From an uncultured Acidobacteriota bacterium (GTDB taxonomy: Bacteria; Acidobacteriota; Thermoanaerobaculia; Multivoradales; SZUA-115), in NCBI GenBank assembly GCA_963805975.1, contig CAWDVR010000001.1, positions 1,152,001 through 1,216,000 on the forward strand: a DNA stretch of 64,000 nt. The letters are read 5' to 3'. Made by a program: the position numbers and the translations under genes. The notes under the pieces are model-generated. The model was given only the letters and a program-made list of their open reading frames with translations. It ran no database searches and was not told the DNA's origin. Below, piece by piece: positions 1 through 10,192 of the stretch (the stretch's first letter is position 1; every line of letters begins with the position of its first letter).

Positions 1-1032
1 GAGGCCCAGGAGCAGCGGCAGAAAATAGGGCAGCACGCCGACATTCCTGCCGAGTAGGAAATAGAGAGAGTTCCAGGCCGTGAGGCGGGGCTCGAAGTCG
101 TAGGGCAGGAGCTTCTCCCGCGCCACCCAGGAGCCGTTGCCGCGCTTGGTCACCTGGGCGCTCCAATCGTCACCCGCCAGGTCGACCCGTGGAAAACCCG
201 TATAGGAGTAGAAGCCCAACCGCTCGCCGCCGTAGCTGGTGAAGGTGCCGTGGACTGCGGCGGAGAGCAGCACGGCCAAGAGCGCCACCGCCACGCCGCC
301 TCCCAGGCAGGCGAGGATGCCGGCGCCGCGGCGGCGCGCCGGCACAGCCAGGAGCGCCGGCAGGAAGAGGGCGAGGTAGAAAGGCCGCGAGGCGCCGACC
401 ACGGCGAGACAGGCACCCACCGCGATCCAGCGCAGGGCGTAGCTCCGGAGCGCCTCGGTGGTCTCGTCCTCGAAGATCTGGCGCAGCCTCTCGGGGCGGG
501 TCTGGCGGCCGGCGTAGGCAAGGGCCAGGCCGATCGCAGTGAGCGACATCAGGAACAGATCGGCGTGAGCCCAGGTGACGTAGGCAAAGGTCACCGAGCC
601 GAAGAGAAAAGCCGCCACCCAGAGCGGTGCCGCGTCGCCGATCGCCTGGCGCAGAGTGCGCGCCGCGAGCATCGCGGCGACGGCGAGCAGCAGGGCGTTG
701 GCCACCGAGGCGCCGCGCGTGGGCGAGGCGCGCACGAAGGGCGCGATGGCCAGCGAGTAGAAGATCGGCTTGCCGTAGGTCAGGGATTGGCCGTGGTCGC
801 TGCTCTGCAGGATGAGGCCCTCGGGCTTCATCCCCCAGTGGGCGACGAAGCGGTCGTAGTCGGCCCTCTCGTAGGTGAGGTCGAGGTCGAAGGCCAGGCT
901 CTCGGCCTGCATCAGATAGGTGGCCTCGTCGCCGACCAGCGTCGGCCACTGCCGGCGGTCGTAGGTCGCGGCCCCGACCAGCGCCGCGGTCAACAGCAGG
1001 CCGAGGACCGCCCAGCTCGAAACGAGTTTCAT
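1..1032 (-). CDS. GT-C-fold-like multi-pass membrane glycosyltransferase (3' end runs off the window)
   Basis: Not in the ORF track because it has no stop in the window. ATG at 1032 gives MKLVSSWAVLGLLLTAALVGAATYDRRQWPTLVGDEATYLMQAESLAFDLDL..., i.e. TM1 followed by a DE-containing loop typical of GT-C enzymes, then further TM helices. Confidence 0.65.
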   Translation of the reverse strand, partial: MKLVSSWAVLGLLLTAALVGAATYDRRQWPTLVGDEATYLMQAESLAFDLDLTYERADYDRFVAHWGMKPEGLILQSSDHGQSLTYGKPIFYSLAIAPFVRASPTRGASVANALLLAVAAMLAARTLRQAIGDAAPLWVAAFLFGSVTFAYVTWAHADLFLMSLTAIGLALAYAGRQTRPERLRQIFEDETTEALRSYALRWIAVGACLAVVGASRPFYLALFLPALLAVPARRRGAGILACLGGGVAVALLAVLLSAAVHGTFTSYGGERLGFYSYTGFPRVDLAGDDWSAQVTKRGNGSWVAREKLLPYDFEPRLTAWNSLYFLLGRNVGVLPYFLPLLLGL

Positions 1033-1101
1033 TTCCGGGATTGTAGCCCGCCTCCGCGGACGTCATGGCCCGTGCGTACGATCCTTGCTACAAAGGCCTC
1101 C

Positions 1102-2043
1102 ATGCGCTCGCTCCTGCTCTTCCTCGCCTTGCTGTTCACGCTGCAATCCGCCCTCGTCGCCGCACCGGGGCTCTCCGGCTTCGTGGTCTGGGAGTCGAAC
1201 CGCACCGGCGAGTGGCGGATCTGGACCCAGCGCCTGGATGGCACAGGCCTGCGTCAGCTCACGCCAGACGAGCCAGGACGGCAGCACTGCTGTGCCCACA
1301 TCTCGCCGGACGGCCAGCGGCTCGTGTACCTCGCGCGGGTGGGGGGGCGCGACGCCTACCTGGCCGAGGAGGTGGCCGGAGAGCTGCGCCTCCTGGAACA
1401 CACCGGCGGCCAGCAGCGGGTGGTGGCTCCGCGGGCGCGGACCTATGGCTGGGGCAACCGCAGCGCGGTATGGAGAAGCGACAGCGAGCTGATCCACGTG
1501 GGAGGCGACGGCCGTACGTTCCTGCTCCCGCTCGCCGGTGGGGCCTCACGACCGCTGACCGACGAGCCGCGCCACGAGCTGGGGTGGCTGATCGACGCCA
1601 CCCTTTCGCATGCCACGAACGCGGCACCGAGCTTCGCGCCCTACGACCGCGCGGCGCGCGCGGTGCGCCCCGTGCCCGAGATGCGGGGCTGCGAGCCCTA
1701 CTTCACGGCCGACGGCGAGTGGGGCTACTGGGTGCATCGCGGCGGCGGGCCGCTGCGCCGCATGCGCCTTTCGGACCGCGAGCCCGTCAACTGGATCGAG
1801 CGCGAGGACCCGCGCCTGCCGGCCGACCAGCGGTACATCTACTTTCCGATGCTGTCGCGCGACCGGCGGGCCCTGGCCTACGGCGCCTCGCGCTCGCGGC
1901 GCGACCACGACCACTTCCGCTCGGACTACGACATCTTCTGGCTGCCGGTCGATCCCCAGACCTTCGAGCTGCGGGGTCCGCCGGTGCGGGTGACGAAGCA
2001 CCCGGCGTCGGACCGCTACCCGGACATCTATCTGCATCCTTGA
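1102..2043 (+). CDS. Secreted TolB-like (PD40) beta-propeller protein
   Basis: Signal peptide MRSLLLFLALLFTLQSALVA; motifs WESNRTGEWRIW, ISPDGQRLVY and C-terminal DRYPDIY. Confidence 0.75.
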   Translation: MRSLLLFLALLFTLQSALVAAPGLSGFVVWESNRTGEWRIWTQRLDGTGLRQLTPDEPGRQHCCAHISPDGQRLVYLARVGGRDAYLAEEVAGELRLLEHTGGQQRVVAPRARTYGWGNRSAVWRSDSELIHVGGDGRTFLLPLAGGASRPLTDEPRHELGWLIDATLSHATNAAPSFAPYDRAARAVRPVPEMRGCEPYFTADGEWGYWVHRGGGPLRRMRLSDREPVNWIEREDPRLPADQRYIYFPMLSRDRRALAYGASRSRRDHDHFRSDYDIFWLPVDPQTFELRGPPVRVTKHPASDRYPDIYLHP

Positions 2044-2120
2044 GTCTCGATCCCTGGGCGCGCGGGCCGCTCGGGTATGATCCGCGCGCTCCGCCGGCAA
2101 CGCGGCAGAGGTTCCCTCGC

Positions 2121-2861
2121 GTGGAGATCAGCCCCCGATTCAAGGCCGTCGCGAAGCGGCTGCTCGAGCTCAGCGCGGCGGCGACCGGAGTCACCGTGCG
2201 CGTGGCGACGCGCGAGAAGGTGGCCGCGTTGACTTTCGACGACGGCCCGGACCCCGGATGGACGCCGCGCCTGCTCGAGGTGCTGGAACGTCACGGCGCG
2301 CGCGGTACCTTCTTCATGGTCGGCAAGTCGGCCGCCCGCTGGCCCGAGCTGGTGGCACGCGTGGCCGCCGCCGGCCACGCGGTCGGCAACCACACCTGGG
2401 ACCACCCCTCGCTGCCCACCCTCCAGGCCCGCTATCGCCGCCAGCAGATCCAGTGGTGCGGGGAAGCCCTGGCTCCGCACGGCGTAAAGCTCTTCCGGCC
2501 TCCCTATGGGCACTTGACACCGGCCACCCAGCTCGACGCCTGCCGGCTCGGGTACCGGGTGGTGACCTGGAGCGCCGTGGCCGAGGATTGGCTGGACGAC
2601 CCGCCGGAGACGCTGGTGGCGCGCGTCGAGCGGCGCTTGGAGCCGGGTGCGATCGTCCTCTTCCACGACCGTCTCTACACCACGGTCGATCCCCGCTACT
2701 CGGACCGCGGGCCGACCCTGGCCGCGGTCGACATGCTGCTCGAGCGCTGGGCCGGCCGGCTGCGGTTCGTCACCGTGCCCGAGCTCCTGGCACTCGGCCG
2801 TCCGCGCAACCGGCACGACTACCACCGCCCCGACCTCGCATGGCTGCGGCGGTTGCAGTGA
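2121..2861 (+). CDS. Polysaccharide deacetylase (CE4/NodB)
   Basis: TFDDGP, GNHTWDH, FRPPYG and IVLFHD motifs; GTG start inferred. Confidence 0.9.
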   Translation: MEISPRFKAVAKRLLELSAAATGVTVRVATREKVAALTFDDGPDPGWTPRLLEVLERHGARGTFFMVGKSAARWPELVARVAAAGHAVGNHTWDHPSLPTLQARYRRQQIQWCGEALAPHGVKLFRPPYGHLTPATQLDACRLGYRVVTWSAVAEDWLDDPPETLVARVERRLEPGAIVLFHDRLYTTVDPRYSDRGPTLAAVDMLLERWAGRLRFVTVPELLALGRPRNRHDYHRPDLAWLRRLQ

Positions 2862-3751
2862 CCGGCGAGAGCGCGGCGCCGCGAGAGGTCGCGCTCTCGG
2901 TCGTCATCCCCTGCCGCAACGTCGCCGCCACTCTCGGCCTGCAGCTCGCCGCCGTAGCCGCCCAGGAGTGGGCGGGGGAGTGGGAGGTGATCGTCGCGGA
3001 CAACGCTTCGAGCGATGGCTCGCGCGAGGTCGCCGAGAGCTTCCGGGAGCGACTCCCGGCACTCACCGTGGTGGATGCAACGGGCCACCAGGGCCCCGGC
3101 GGCTCTAGGAACGCGGGCGCCGCCGTGGCGCGCGGCGGGATGCTCGTGTTCTGTGACGCGGATGATGAGGTGGCCCCCGGCTGGCTCGCGGCCATGGCGC
3201 GGGCCCTCTGCGAGCACTCGCTGGTGGCGGCGCGCTACGACGCGCGTAAGCTCAACCCGGCGTGGATCGTCGAGGCGCGCGGCGAGCACCAGCACCAGGG
3301 CCTCAACCCCTACACCTACCCGCCGTTTCTGCCGCACGCCGGCGGTGGTGGCCTGGGAGTGCGCCGGCGTCTCCACGAGGCCATCGACGGCTTCGACGAG
3401 TCACTGCCGGCGCTCGAGGACACGGACTACTGCTGGCGCCTAGAGCTCGCCGGCCACGAGCTCGCCTTCGTGCCGGACGCGGTGGTGCACATCCGCTACC
3501 GGCAGGACCTTGCCGGGATGTTCGCGCAAACCGCGCGTTTCGGGGAGTACAACGTGCTGCTCTACGAGCGCTACCGGGCGCAGGGCATGCCCCGCCTCGC
3601 ACCCTGGGCCGGTCTCGCCCGCTGGATCAAGCTCCTGCTCTCGACGCCCCAGATTCTCACACGCCGCGGCCGTGCACGCTGGACCGCGCAGCTCGCCTGG
3701 CGGTGGGGGAGGGTCGTCGGGTGTGTGAAGTACAGAGTGTGGGCGCCGTAG
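2858..3751 (+). CDS. Glycosyltransferase family 2
   Basis: SVVIPCRN, VADNASSDGS, FCDADD and LEDTDYCWR motifs; GTGA overlap with the upstream stop. Confidence 0.9.
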   Translation: MTGESAAPREVALSVVIPCRNVAATLGLQLAAVAAQEWAGEWEVIVADNASSDGSREVAESFRERLPALTVVDATGHQGPGGSRNAGAAVARGGMLVFCDADDEVAPGWLAAMARALCEHSLVAARYDARKLNPAWIVEARGEHQHQGLNPYTYPPFLPHAGGGGLGVRRRLHEAIDGFDESLPALEDTDYCWRLELAGHELAFVPDAVVHIRYRQDLAGMFAQTARFGEYNVLLYERYRAQGMPRLAPWAGLARWIKLLLSTPQILTRRGRARWTAQLAWRWGRVVGCVKYRVWAP

Positions 3752-3774
3752 GAGGCGCACAGCCAAGATCCGTC

Positions 3775-4182
3775 TCACCCAAACGGGTCGACGATCTCGA
3801 GCCCGGCCTGCTCGAAATCGCGCCGGTTCCGGGTTGCGATCGGAAGGCCGTGAACGAGCGCTGTCGCCGCGATCAGGCTGTCCTTGATCGGCATGGCTCG
3901 GCCGCTGGTGCGCAGCTCGGCGAGTAGTCGGGCCCAGCGCAACCCCGTGGCCGCCTCCCAGGGCAGGCAGTGGATGCGCTCGACTCCGTCCTGGAACCAA
4001 CGCTCCAACCGCGCGCGGCGTTTCCCGACGGGCAGGAGAAGTATCCCGAAACGGATCTCACCGAGGATGATGGGATCGACGACGATGTCCCGTTCGTGAC
4101 GCGCCAGCCAATCCAGAACCCCGGAGTGGGGTTTGGGGTTGGTCGCTTCACTGAGAACGTTGGCGTCCACCAGGACGGTCAT
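3775..4182 (-). CDS. vapC: VapC/FitB-like PIN-domain toxin
   Basis: LVDANVLSE, GEIRFG, DSLIAATA and ATRNRRDF acidic PIN residues. Confidence 0.93.
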   Translation of the reverse strand: MTVLVDANVLSEATNPKPHSGVLDWLARHERDIVVDPIILGEIRFGILLLPVGKRRARLERWFQDGVERIHCLPWEAATGLRWARLLAELRTSGRAMPIKDSLIAATALVHGLPIATRNRRDFEQAGLEIVDPFG

Positions 4183-4409
4183 AGCGTGTCGGTGGACTCG
4201 GACTCGATGGGGACGAAGAAACCCTTCTCGGGACAGGCCAGGAGCCAATCGAGAAGACCTTGGTTCCTCGGCGGAGAAAGGCGTACGAGCCGATACTCCC
4301 CGCGGTCGATGCGCTCGATCTCGAACTCCTCACCGGGCTCGATGCCATCTTGCCGGCGAATTTCAGCGGGGAGGACGATCTGGCCTTTGGTGGAAACAGC
4401 GGTACGCAT
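4179..4409 (-). CDS. vapB: AbrB/MazE/SpoVT-family antitoxin
   Basis: VSTKGQIVLPAEIRRQDGIEPGEEF swapped-hairpin motif; 4-nt overlap with the toxin. Confidence 0.9.
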   Translation of the reverse strand: MRTAVSTKGQIVLPAEIRRQDGIEPGEEFEIERIDRGEYRLVRLSPPRNQGLLDWLLACPEKGFFVPIESESTDTL

Positions 4410-4413
4410 GAAG

Positions 4414-4445
4414 AGTAAGATACTGTCTTACTGCGACCGCGTCAA
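4414..4445 (-). promoter_or_regulatory. Sigma70 promoter with overlapping palindromic TA operator; leaderless mRNA
   Basis: Minus strand TTGACG-17nt-TATCTT-7nt-ATG; inverted repeat AGTAAGA-N5-TCTTACT at 4414-4432 covers the -10. Confidence 0.8.
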
Positions 4446-4559
4446 GAGACGGAATGGAGTGAGTCTCTCCCGCTATCATGGGGCTTTGCTGAGAGTTCTT
4501 CGCGCCGCCAATCTGCTATCCTGCCGGCCGTTCGCCCGGCTTTTCCCGCCACCGTCACC

Positions 4560-5606
4560 ATGCGTGTCCTCCTCACCGGTCATCAGGGATATCTCGGCAC
4601 CGTCATGGCGTCTTGGTTGCGCGAGGCCGGCCACGAGGTGGTAGGCCTCGACTCGGGCTTCTTCGAGGGTTGTTTCCTTCCCGGCGAGCCCATGTCAGTC
4701 GAGGTCGAGACGCTGAAGAGAGACCTGCGCGACGTGACGGCCGCCGACTTCGCGGGCTTCGACGCGGTGCTGCATCTGGCCGGCCTCTCGAACGACCCGC
4801 TCGGCAACCTCGATGCGGACCTGACCTACGACATCAACGACTCCGGCTCGGTGCGCCTCGCGCGGCTCGCCAAAGAAGCCGGCGTCGAGCGCTTCCTCTT
4901 CTCCTCCTCGTGCAGCACCTACGGCGCGGCGGGCGACGACTTCCTCGACGAGACCGCGGCTTTCAACCCGGTGACCCCGTACGGCCACTCCAAGGTACGC
5001 ATGGAGCAGGCCCTGGGCGAGCTGGCGGACGACGACTTCAGCCCCGCCTACCTGCGCAACGCCACCGCCTACGGCGTGTCTCCGCGTCTGCGGCTGGACC
5101 TCGTGCTCAACAACCTCGTCGCCTACGCCGTGACCACCGGCCGGATCCACATGCTTTCGGACGGCACCCCCTGGCGGCCCATCGTCCACGTCGAGGACAT
5201 CAGCCGCGCCTTCCTCGCCGCGCTCGAGGCGCCCCGCGAGAGCATTCACGACCAGGCTTTCAACGTCGGCCGCACGGGCGAGAACTACCGCATCCGCGAG
5301 CTGGCCGAGATCGTGGCCGAGGCGGTGCCCGGTTGCGCCATCACCTATGCCGAGGGCGCTGGCCCGGACAAACGCTGCTACCGCGTGGACTGCGAGAAGA
5401 TCCGCCGCGTGCTGCCCGGCTTCGAGCCGCGGTGGGACGCACGGCGCGGCGCTCGCCAGCTTCGTGACGCCTATCGGCTGGCCGGCCTCACCGCCGAGGA
5501 GCTCGCGGGGAGCCGGTTCATCCGCCTCGGTCGGATCGAGGAGCTGCTCAAGAGCGGCGCCGTGTCGAGCGACCTGCGGTGGAACGAGCAGCCCACCGCA
5601 CCCTGA
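4560..5606 (+). CDS. NAD-dependent epimerase/dehydratase (extended SDR)
   Basis: [22 protein letters not shown] (YxxxK) and LRNATAYG. Confidence 0.92.
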   Translation: MRVLLTGHQGYLGTVMASWLREAGHEVVGLDSGFFEGCFLPGEPMSVEVETLKRDLRDVTAADFAGFDAVLHLAGLSNDPLGNLDADLTYDINDSGSVRLARLAKEAGVERFLFSSSCSTYGAAGDDFLDETAAFNPVTPYGHSKVRMEQALGELADDDFSPAYLRNATAYGVSPRLRLDLVLNNLVAYAVTTGRIHMLSDGTPWRPIVHVEDISRAFLAALEAPRESIHDQAFNVGRTGENYRIRELAEIVAEAVPGCAITYAEGAGPDKRCYRVDCEKIRRVLPGFEPRWDARRGARQLRDAYRLAGLTAEELAGSRFIRLGRIEELLKSGAVSSDLRWNEQPTAP

Positions 5607-5619
5607 GCCGCGCCGGCCC

Positions 5620-6669
5620 GTGAGCGAGCCCCAACTCTCCCTGGCGGTGGTCGGCTGCGGTGCCGTCGCCGCCAACCACTACCTGCCGTCGATCGCGGCT
5701 TCCAGGCGCTTCGCGGCCACGATGCTGATCGACGCCGATCTGGGTCGGGCGCGTTCTCTCGCCGATCGCTGGCACGTTCTGCATGCCGGCATCGACTACC
5801 GCGAGGTTCCCGGCCGCGCCGAGGCCGCGGTCCTGGCCTTGCCCAACCACCTCCACGCCCCGGTGGCGTGCGAGCTGTTGCGCCAGGGAGTCCATGTCCT
5901 GGTCGAGAAGCCGATGGCCACCTCGGCCGCCGAGTGCGATGCCATGCTGGCGGCGGCGGAAGAAGGGAGGGCTGCGCTCTCCGTGGGGCTCCAGTTCCGA
6001 TTTTTCGACTCGAGCCGCTGGGTTGCGGACGTGTTGGCAGCCGGCCGCGAGGGCGGCGGCCCTCTCGGCCGCGTCCTCGGCTTCGACCTGCGGCTCGGCG
6101 TCATCTCTCGGTGGCCCTTTGCCAGCGACTTCCTCCTGCGCAAGGAGACCGCCGGCGGTGGGGTGCTCACAGACTACGGGGTCCATGTCTTGGACCTCCT
6201 GCTCTACTGGCTGGGAAACTGGGAGACGCTGCGCTATCGGCACGATGCCGAGGGTGGGATCGAGTCCGATTGCGAGCTGGAGATCGCGATGGAGGGCGGG
6301 CTCGCCGGCTTCGTCGAGATCAGCCGTTCCCGCAACCTGCGCAACACCTGCCTGCTGACAGGGGAGCGGGGAAGCCTCGAGGTCGGGATCTGGCACCCGG
6401 ACCCGCCGATCTCGCTCCGTCACGGCCCTCGCGAGCTGGCTCTCGACGGACACGCTCGCACGGCCGGCGCCACGGGCCTCGATTTCAACGGCGCCTTCCT
6501 GCGCTCCCTGGACGACTTCGCCACGGCGATCCAAAGCGGCCGTGAGCCCTGGGTCTCCGGCCGCGAAGGCCGCCGCTCCGTGGCCCTGATCGAGGCCTGC
6601 TATGCACAGGCGACGAGGCTCGAGCTGCCCTGGAGCGCCTCGCCTCCCTCCGCCAGGCAGAGCCCATGA
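5620..6669 (+). CDS. Gfo/Idh/MocA family oxidoreductase
   Basis: VVGCGAVA, HVLVEKPMA and GGGVLTDYGVHVLD. Confidence 0.9.
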   Translation: MSEPQLSLAVVGCGAVAANHYLPSIAASRRFAATMLIDADLGRARSLADRWHVLHAGIDYREVPGRAEAAVLALPNHLHAPVACELLRQGVHVLVEKPMATSAAECDAMLAAAEEGRAALSVGLQFRFFDSSRWVADVLAAGREGGGPLGRVLGFDLRLGVISRWPFASDFLLRKETAGGGVLTDYGVHVLDLLLYWLGNWETLRYRHDAEGGIESDCELEIAMEGGLAGFVEISRSRNLRNTCLLTGERGSLEVGIWHPDPPISLRHGPRELALDGHARTAGATGLDFNGAFLRSLDDFATAIQSGREPWVSGREGRRSVALIEACYAQATRLELPWSASPPSARQSP

Positions 6670-6685
6670 AGCCTGACGAGGCCCC

Positions 6686-7891
6686 ATGAAACTTGCCGAG
6701 GCGAACGAGCAGCTCGCCGGGCGCCGGGTACTGGTGACCGGCGGCAGCGGCTTCATCGGCGGCCGGCTGGTCGAGCGGCTGGTGGTCGAAGCCGGTGCCG
6801 AGGTCCGGGTCCTGGTGCGCAACTTCGCTTCCGCCGCCCGCCTCGCTCGTTTCCCGCTCGATTTCGCGCGTGGCGACGTGCTCGACGAGGCGGCGCTCGA
6901 GGCGGCGGCCCGTGGCTGCGCGGTGGTCTTCCATTGCGCCTACGGCACCTCGGGCAGCCAGGGGCATCGCGCGCGCGTCAATCGCGAGGGCACCCGCCGG
7001 GTGCTCGAGGCCGCGGCGAAGGCCGGGGTGGCGCGGGTCGTCCACCTCTCGACGCTGATGGTCTATGGCCGTACGGCCGACGGCGACCTCGACGAGACCG
7101 CGCCGCGCCGCCGCTTCGGCAACGCCTACTCGGACAGCAAGCTCGAGGCCGAGCGGCTGGTGCTCGACGCCGCGCGCGCCGGCCGCGTGCCTGCCACCGT
7201 GCTCCAGCCGACAGCGGTCTACGGCCCGTTCGGCGGCGTGTGGACCGAGCAGGTGCTCGGCAGCCTGAAGACGGGCCGCGCGATCCTGATCGACGGCGGG
7301 CGGGGCCTCGCCAACCACGTCTACGTCGACGACCTGGTGAGCGCCATGCTGCTGGCGGCGGTGGAAGAGAAGGCGGTGGGGGAGGCGTTTCTGGTTTCCG
7401 CCGAGGAACCGGCGACCTGGCGCGAGATGTACGCCGCCTTCGAAGCGATGCTCGGCGCCAGCCGCACGGTCTCGATGACCGCCGCGGAGGCGCGGGCTCA
7501 CTGGCAGCTCAGCCAACGCGCCCGCCCACGCCTTCTCCCGGCCCTCCTCGCCGGCCTGCGCGGCGATCGCGCGCTGCGCGAGAGCCTGCTCGCGACCCGG
7601 GAGGTGCTGGTCCTGCGCGAGCTCGCGAGCACCGTGCTGTCCGAGCGCTGGCAGGAGCGGATCAAGCGCCAGGTCGGCATGGGCTCCGCCGCACAGGTCC
7701 CGGCCTCTCCCGAGATCGAGCCGGAGCTGCCGATCCATCCCCTGAGCCCGTCGATGATCGACTTCTTCTCGGCCCGGACCCGCGTGCGGATCGCCAAGGC
7801 GAAGCGCCTGCTCGGATATCAGCCAGACTTCGACCTCGGGTCCGGAATGAGACTCACGGAGCAGTGGGCCCGCTGGGCCAACCTGCTCTGA
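6686..7891 (+). CDS. NAD-dependent epimerase/dehydratase
   Basis: VTGGSGFIGG, YSDSK and PTAVYGP. Confidence 0.9.
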   Translation: MKLAEANEQLAGRRVLVTGGSGFIGGRLVERLVVEAGAEVRVLVRNFASAARLARFPLDFARGDVLDEAALEAAARGCAVVFHCAYGTSGSQGHRARVNREGTRRVLEAAAKAGVARVVHLSTLMVYGRTADGDLDETAPRRRFGNAYSDSKLEAERLVLDAARAGRVPATVLQPTAVYGPFGGVWTEQVLGSLKTGRAILIDGGRGLANHVYVDDLVSAMLLAAVEEKAVGEAFLVSAEEPATWREMYAAFEAMLGASRTVSMTAAEARAHWQLSQRARPRLLPALLAGLRGDRALRESLLATREVLVLRELASTVLSERWQERIKRQVGMGSAAQVPASPEIEPELPIHPLSPSMIDFFSARTRVRIAKAKRLLGYQPDFDLGSGMRLTEQWARWANLL

Positions 7892-7896
7892 CCGCG

Positions 7897-8592
7897 CTAC
7901 TCCGGCCGGCGGAAAGCCGCGATGGCCCATGCCCCCTTGCGGCCGGTGACCCGCACCCGGTCCACCAGCTCCAGATCCCCTTCGAGCGCACGCAGGATGG
8001 CGGCGGTGCGCGCCGAGTGGAACATCGACACCAGCAGCAGGCCACCGGGCCGCACGAAGCCCAGGTAGCGCCGGGCCTGGCCACGCGGGTCGTCGAGGTA
8101 GTAGAGGCTCTCGTTCAGGACCACGGCGTCGAAGGTACCGGCTGGCACGAAGGTCGCGGCGTCGGCTACCTCGAACCGGTCCGCCGCGGAGGCGCGCCGG
8201 CGCGCCGTCTCGACGGCCACGGTCGAGAGGTCGATGCCCTCGTAGGCAGAGTAGCGTCCGGGACCGAGGAGGTCGCGCAGGATGCCCTCGCCGCAACCCA
8301 CGTCGAGGATCGAGCGCGCCGCTGCCAGATGCTCGAGGAAACCGATGATCACGCTGTAGCGCGCGATCTCGTCCGCGCTGCGGAGCGTGGCCCACCGGCC
8401 CTCACGGTACTGCTCGTCCCAGGCCTCGCGGGCGACCGGCACGTCGCCGCGCGTGCCCACGTCTTCGAGCGTTCGCACCCAGCGCTCGAGGCCCGGCGTG
8501 CGGGGGAGGCGTCGGCCATAGAGCGCCGAGTAGTAGGCCCACACCACGGGCCGTGAGACTTTCCTGAGCACCTTGCGCAGCAGGCCGGGCAT
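7897..8592 (-). CDS. Class I SAM-dependent methyltransferase
   Basis: ILDVGCGEG, GIDLS and FDAVVLNESLYY. Confidence 0.88.
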   Translation of the reverse strand: MPGLLRKVLRKVSRPVVWAYYSALYGRRLPRTPGLERWVRTLEDVGTRGDVPVAREAWDEQYREGRWATLRSADEIARYSVIIGFLEHLAAARSILDVGCGEGILRDLLGPGRYSAYEGIDLSTVAVETARRRASAADRFEVADAATFVPAGTFDAVVLNESLYYLDDPRGQARRYLGFVRPGGLLLVSMFHSARTAAILRALEGDLELVDRVRVTGRKGAWAIAAFRRPE

Positions 8593-8708
8593 GGGAGATT
8601 TCCGCGGAGCGGAGAGTTGCGGCAGGTTAGCACAGGGCACCGGCACGGGCCGGGCTTGGTAAGCTCCCGCGCACCGTCTCGACCGGCCGGCTGCCACCCT
8701 TCTCCAGC

Positions 8709-10136
8709 ATGAGCGAACCCACCCTCCTGCCTTCGACGCCCGAACGGTTCCTGCGCTCGACGGTGGCGAGCTACTGGAGCCTGGGCGTGCGTCTGTTGAT
8801 CACCCTGGCATCGCGGATGGCGCTCGCCCGCTTCCTGCTGCCGGACGACTACGGCGCCTACGACTTGGCGCTGCGCGTCGTCACCGTGGCGTCCGCCCTG
8901 CGTGACCTGGGGCTGCCCTACCAGCTCATGCGCGACGAGCGCCGGCCCTACGGCACGGTGCTCGCGTTCGGCCTGGTGTCGAGCGTCCTGCTCACCCTGG
9001 CGCTCGTGCTCGGAGCGCCGCTCGCCGCTCCGTTCGCGCCCGAGCTGCCGGCGGTGCTCCAGGTGTTCGCCCTCTGGGTGCTGCTGGACGGTCTGGTGAG
9101 CGTGCCGCGGACGTTCTTCGAGCGCGAGCTCACGATCGGCCGGCTGGTGCTGCCCGAGGTGGCACGCGGAGCGTTGATGGCAGTGATCTCAGTGGCGCTC
9201 GCCGCCGCCGGCTGGGGAGTGTGGAGCCTGGTGATCGGCGACCTGGCCGCGGCGGCGCTCTTCGCGGCGCTGGTCTGGTGGCGGGCGTGGGGCAGGATGC
9301 CGCTCGCCGTGGACTGGGGGATGGTGCCCGACCTGCTACGCCGGAGCGCGCTCCTGTGCGTGATCTGGATCGTCTTCTACCTGGTGAGCTACCTGGACTC
9401 GTTCATCGTGCGGGCGTACGACGATGCCGAGGCGGTGGGCTACTACGGGCGCGCCTACTTCCTCGCCTTTCTCACCCGCCAGATCGTCTTTCCCCGGGCG
9501 CTGCTACCGGTACTGGTCGAGTACCAGCAAGACGCCGTGCGCTTCGCAGAGGCCTTCCGCGTGGGATCGATCTTCCTCTTGTTCTTCGAGGTCACGGCGG
9601 GCTTCTTCCTGTTCTTCAATGCCCAGAAGGTGGTGGAGGTCTTTCTCGGTCCGCAATGGGCGCCGGCCGTCGGCCTGCTTTCCATCCTTTGCTTCGTGCC
9701 CTTCCTGGACATTTTCTCGGAGCTCGGGGGCGAGGTGCTCAAGGTGCGGCACGAGGACCGCCTGTGGCTCCTCATCCTGCTGCTCAACCTGGCTTCACTG
9801 GTCGCCTTCGGCGTGCTGTTCACGCGCCGCTGGGGCGCCGCCGGCATGGCCGCGGCCAACTTTCTGTTGCTCGGCAACGTGCTGATGGCCTGGCGGATGG
9901 CGCAGATCTTCGGCCGCGAGTTCCGCCGCCTGCTGGAGGACATGGCGTGGCTCTACTTGGTGCCGCTGGCGCTCTTCGGGGGCGTGGCCCTGCTGCTGCC
10001 CACGGCAAGCTGGGGCCGGTTCCTGGCCTCGATCGCCGCCGGCCTCGCTACCGCCGGTATTCTCGGCCACCGCTTCCGGCCGCTCTTCCAGCGCTTCCTG
10101 GCCGAACGCTCGGCCGAGCCGGCTGCACAAGGCTGA
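8709..10136 (+). CDS. wzx: Wzx-like oligosaccharide flippase (MOP superfamily)
   Basis: ALARFLLPDDYG N-terminal motif, many TM helices, polysaccharide locus context. Confidence 0.85.
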   Translation: MSEPTLLPSTPERFLRSTVASYWSLGVRLLITLASRMALARFLLPDDYGAYDLALRVVTVASALRDLGLPYQLMRDERRPYGTVLAFGLVSSVLLTLALVLGAPLAAPFAPELPAVLQVFALWVLLDGLVSVPRTFFERELTIGRLVLPEVARGALMAVISVALAAAGWGVWSLVIGDLAAAALFAALVWWRAWGRMPLAVDWGMVPDLLRRSALLCVIWIVFYLVSYLDSFIVRAYDDAEAVGYYGRAYFLAFLTRQIVFPRALLPVLVEYQQDAVRFAEAFRVGSIFLLFFEVTAGFFLFFNAQKVVEVFLGPQWAPAVGLLSILCFVPFLDIFSELGGEVLKVRHEDRLWLLILLLNLASLVAFGVLFTRRWGAAGMAAANFLLLGNVLMAWRMAQIFGREFRRLLEDMAWLYLVPLALFGGVALLLPTASWGRFLASIAAGLATAGILGHRFRPLFQRFLAERSAEPAAQG

Positions 10137-10137
10137 G

Positions 10138-10165
10138 AAAAAGGCCAGCGCCGGAGCGCTGGCCT
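10138..10165 (-). terminator. Rho-independent terminator between convergent genes
   Basis: Stem AGGCCAGCGC/GCGCTGGCCT with a 4-nt loop; A-tract at 10138-10142 gives a U-tract on the minus strand. Confidence 0.75.
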
Positions 10166-10192
10166 CTCGATCGAAAGCGTTGGGGCGGAAAT

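Noticed and set aside
250-1101. Long N-terminal extensions of ORFs 250-2043, 1065-2861 and 2258-3751
   Set aside because: They overlap the real minus-strand GT-C gene or upstream genes; signal peptide and motif positions define later starts
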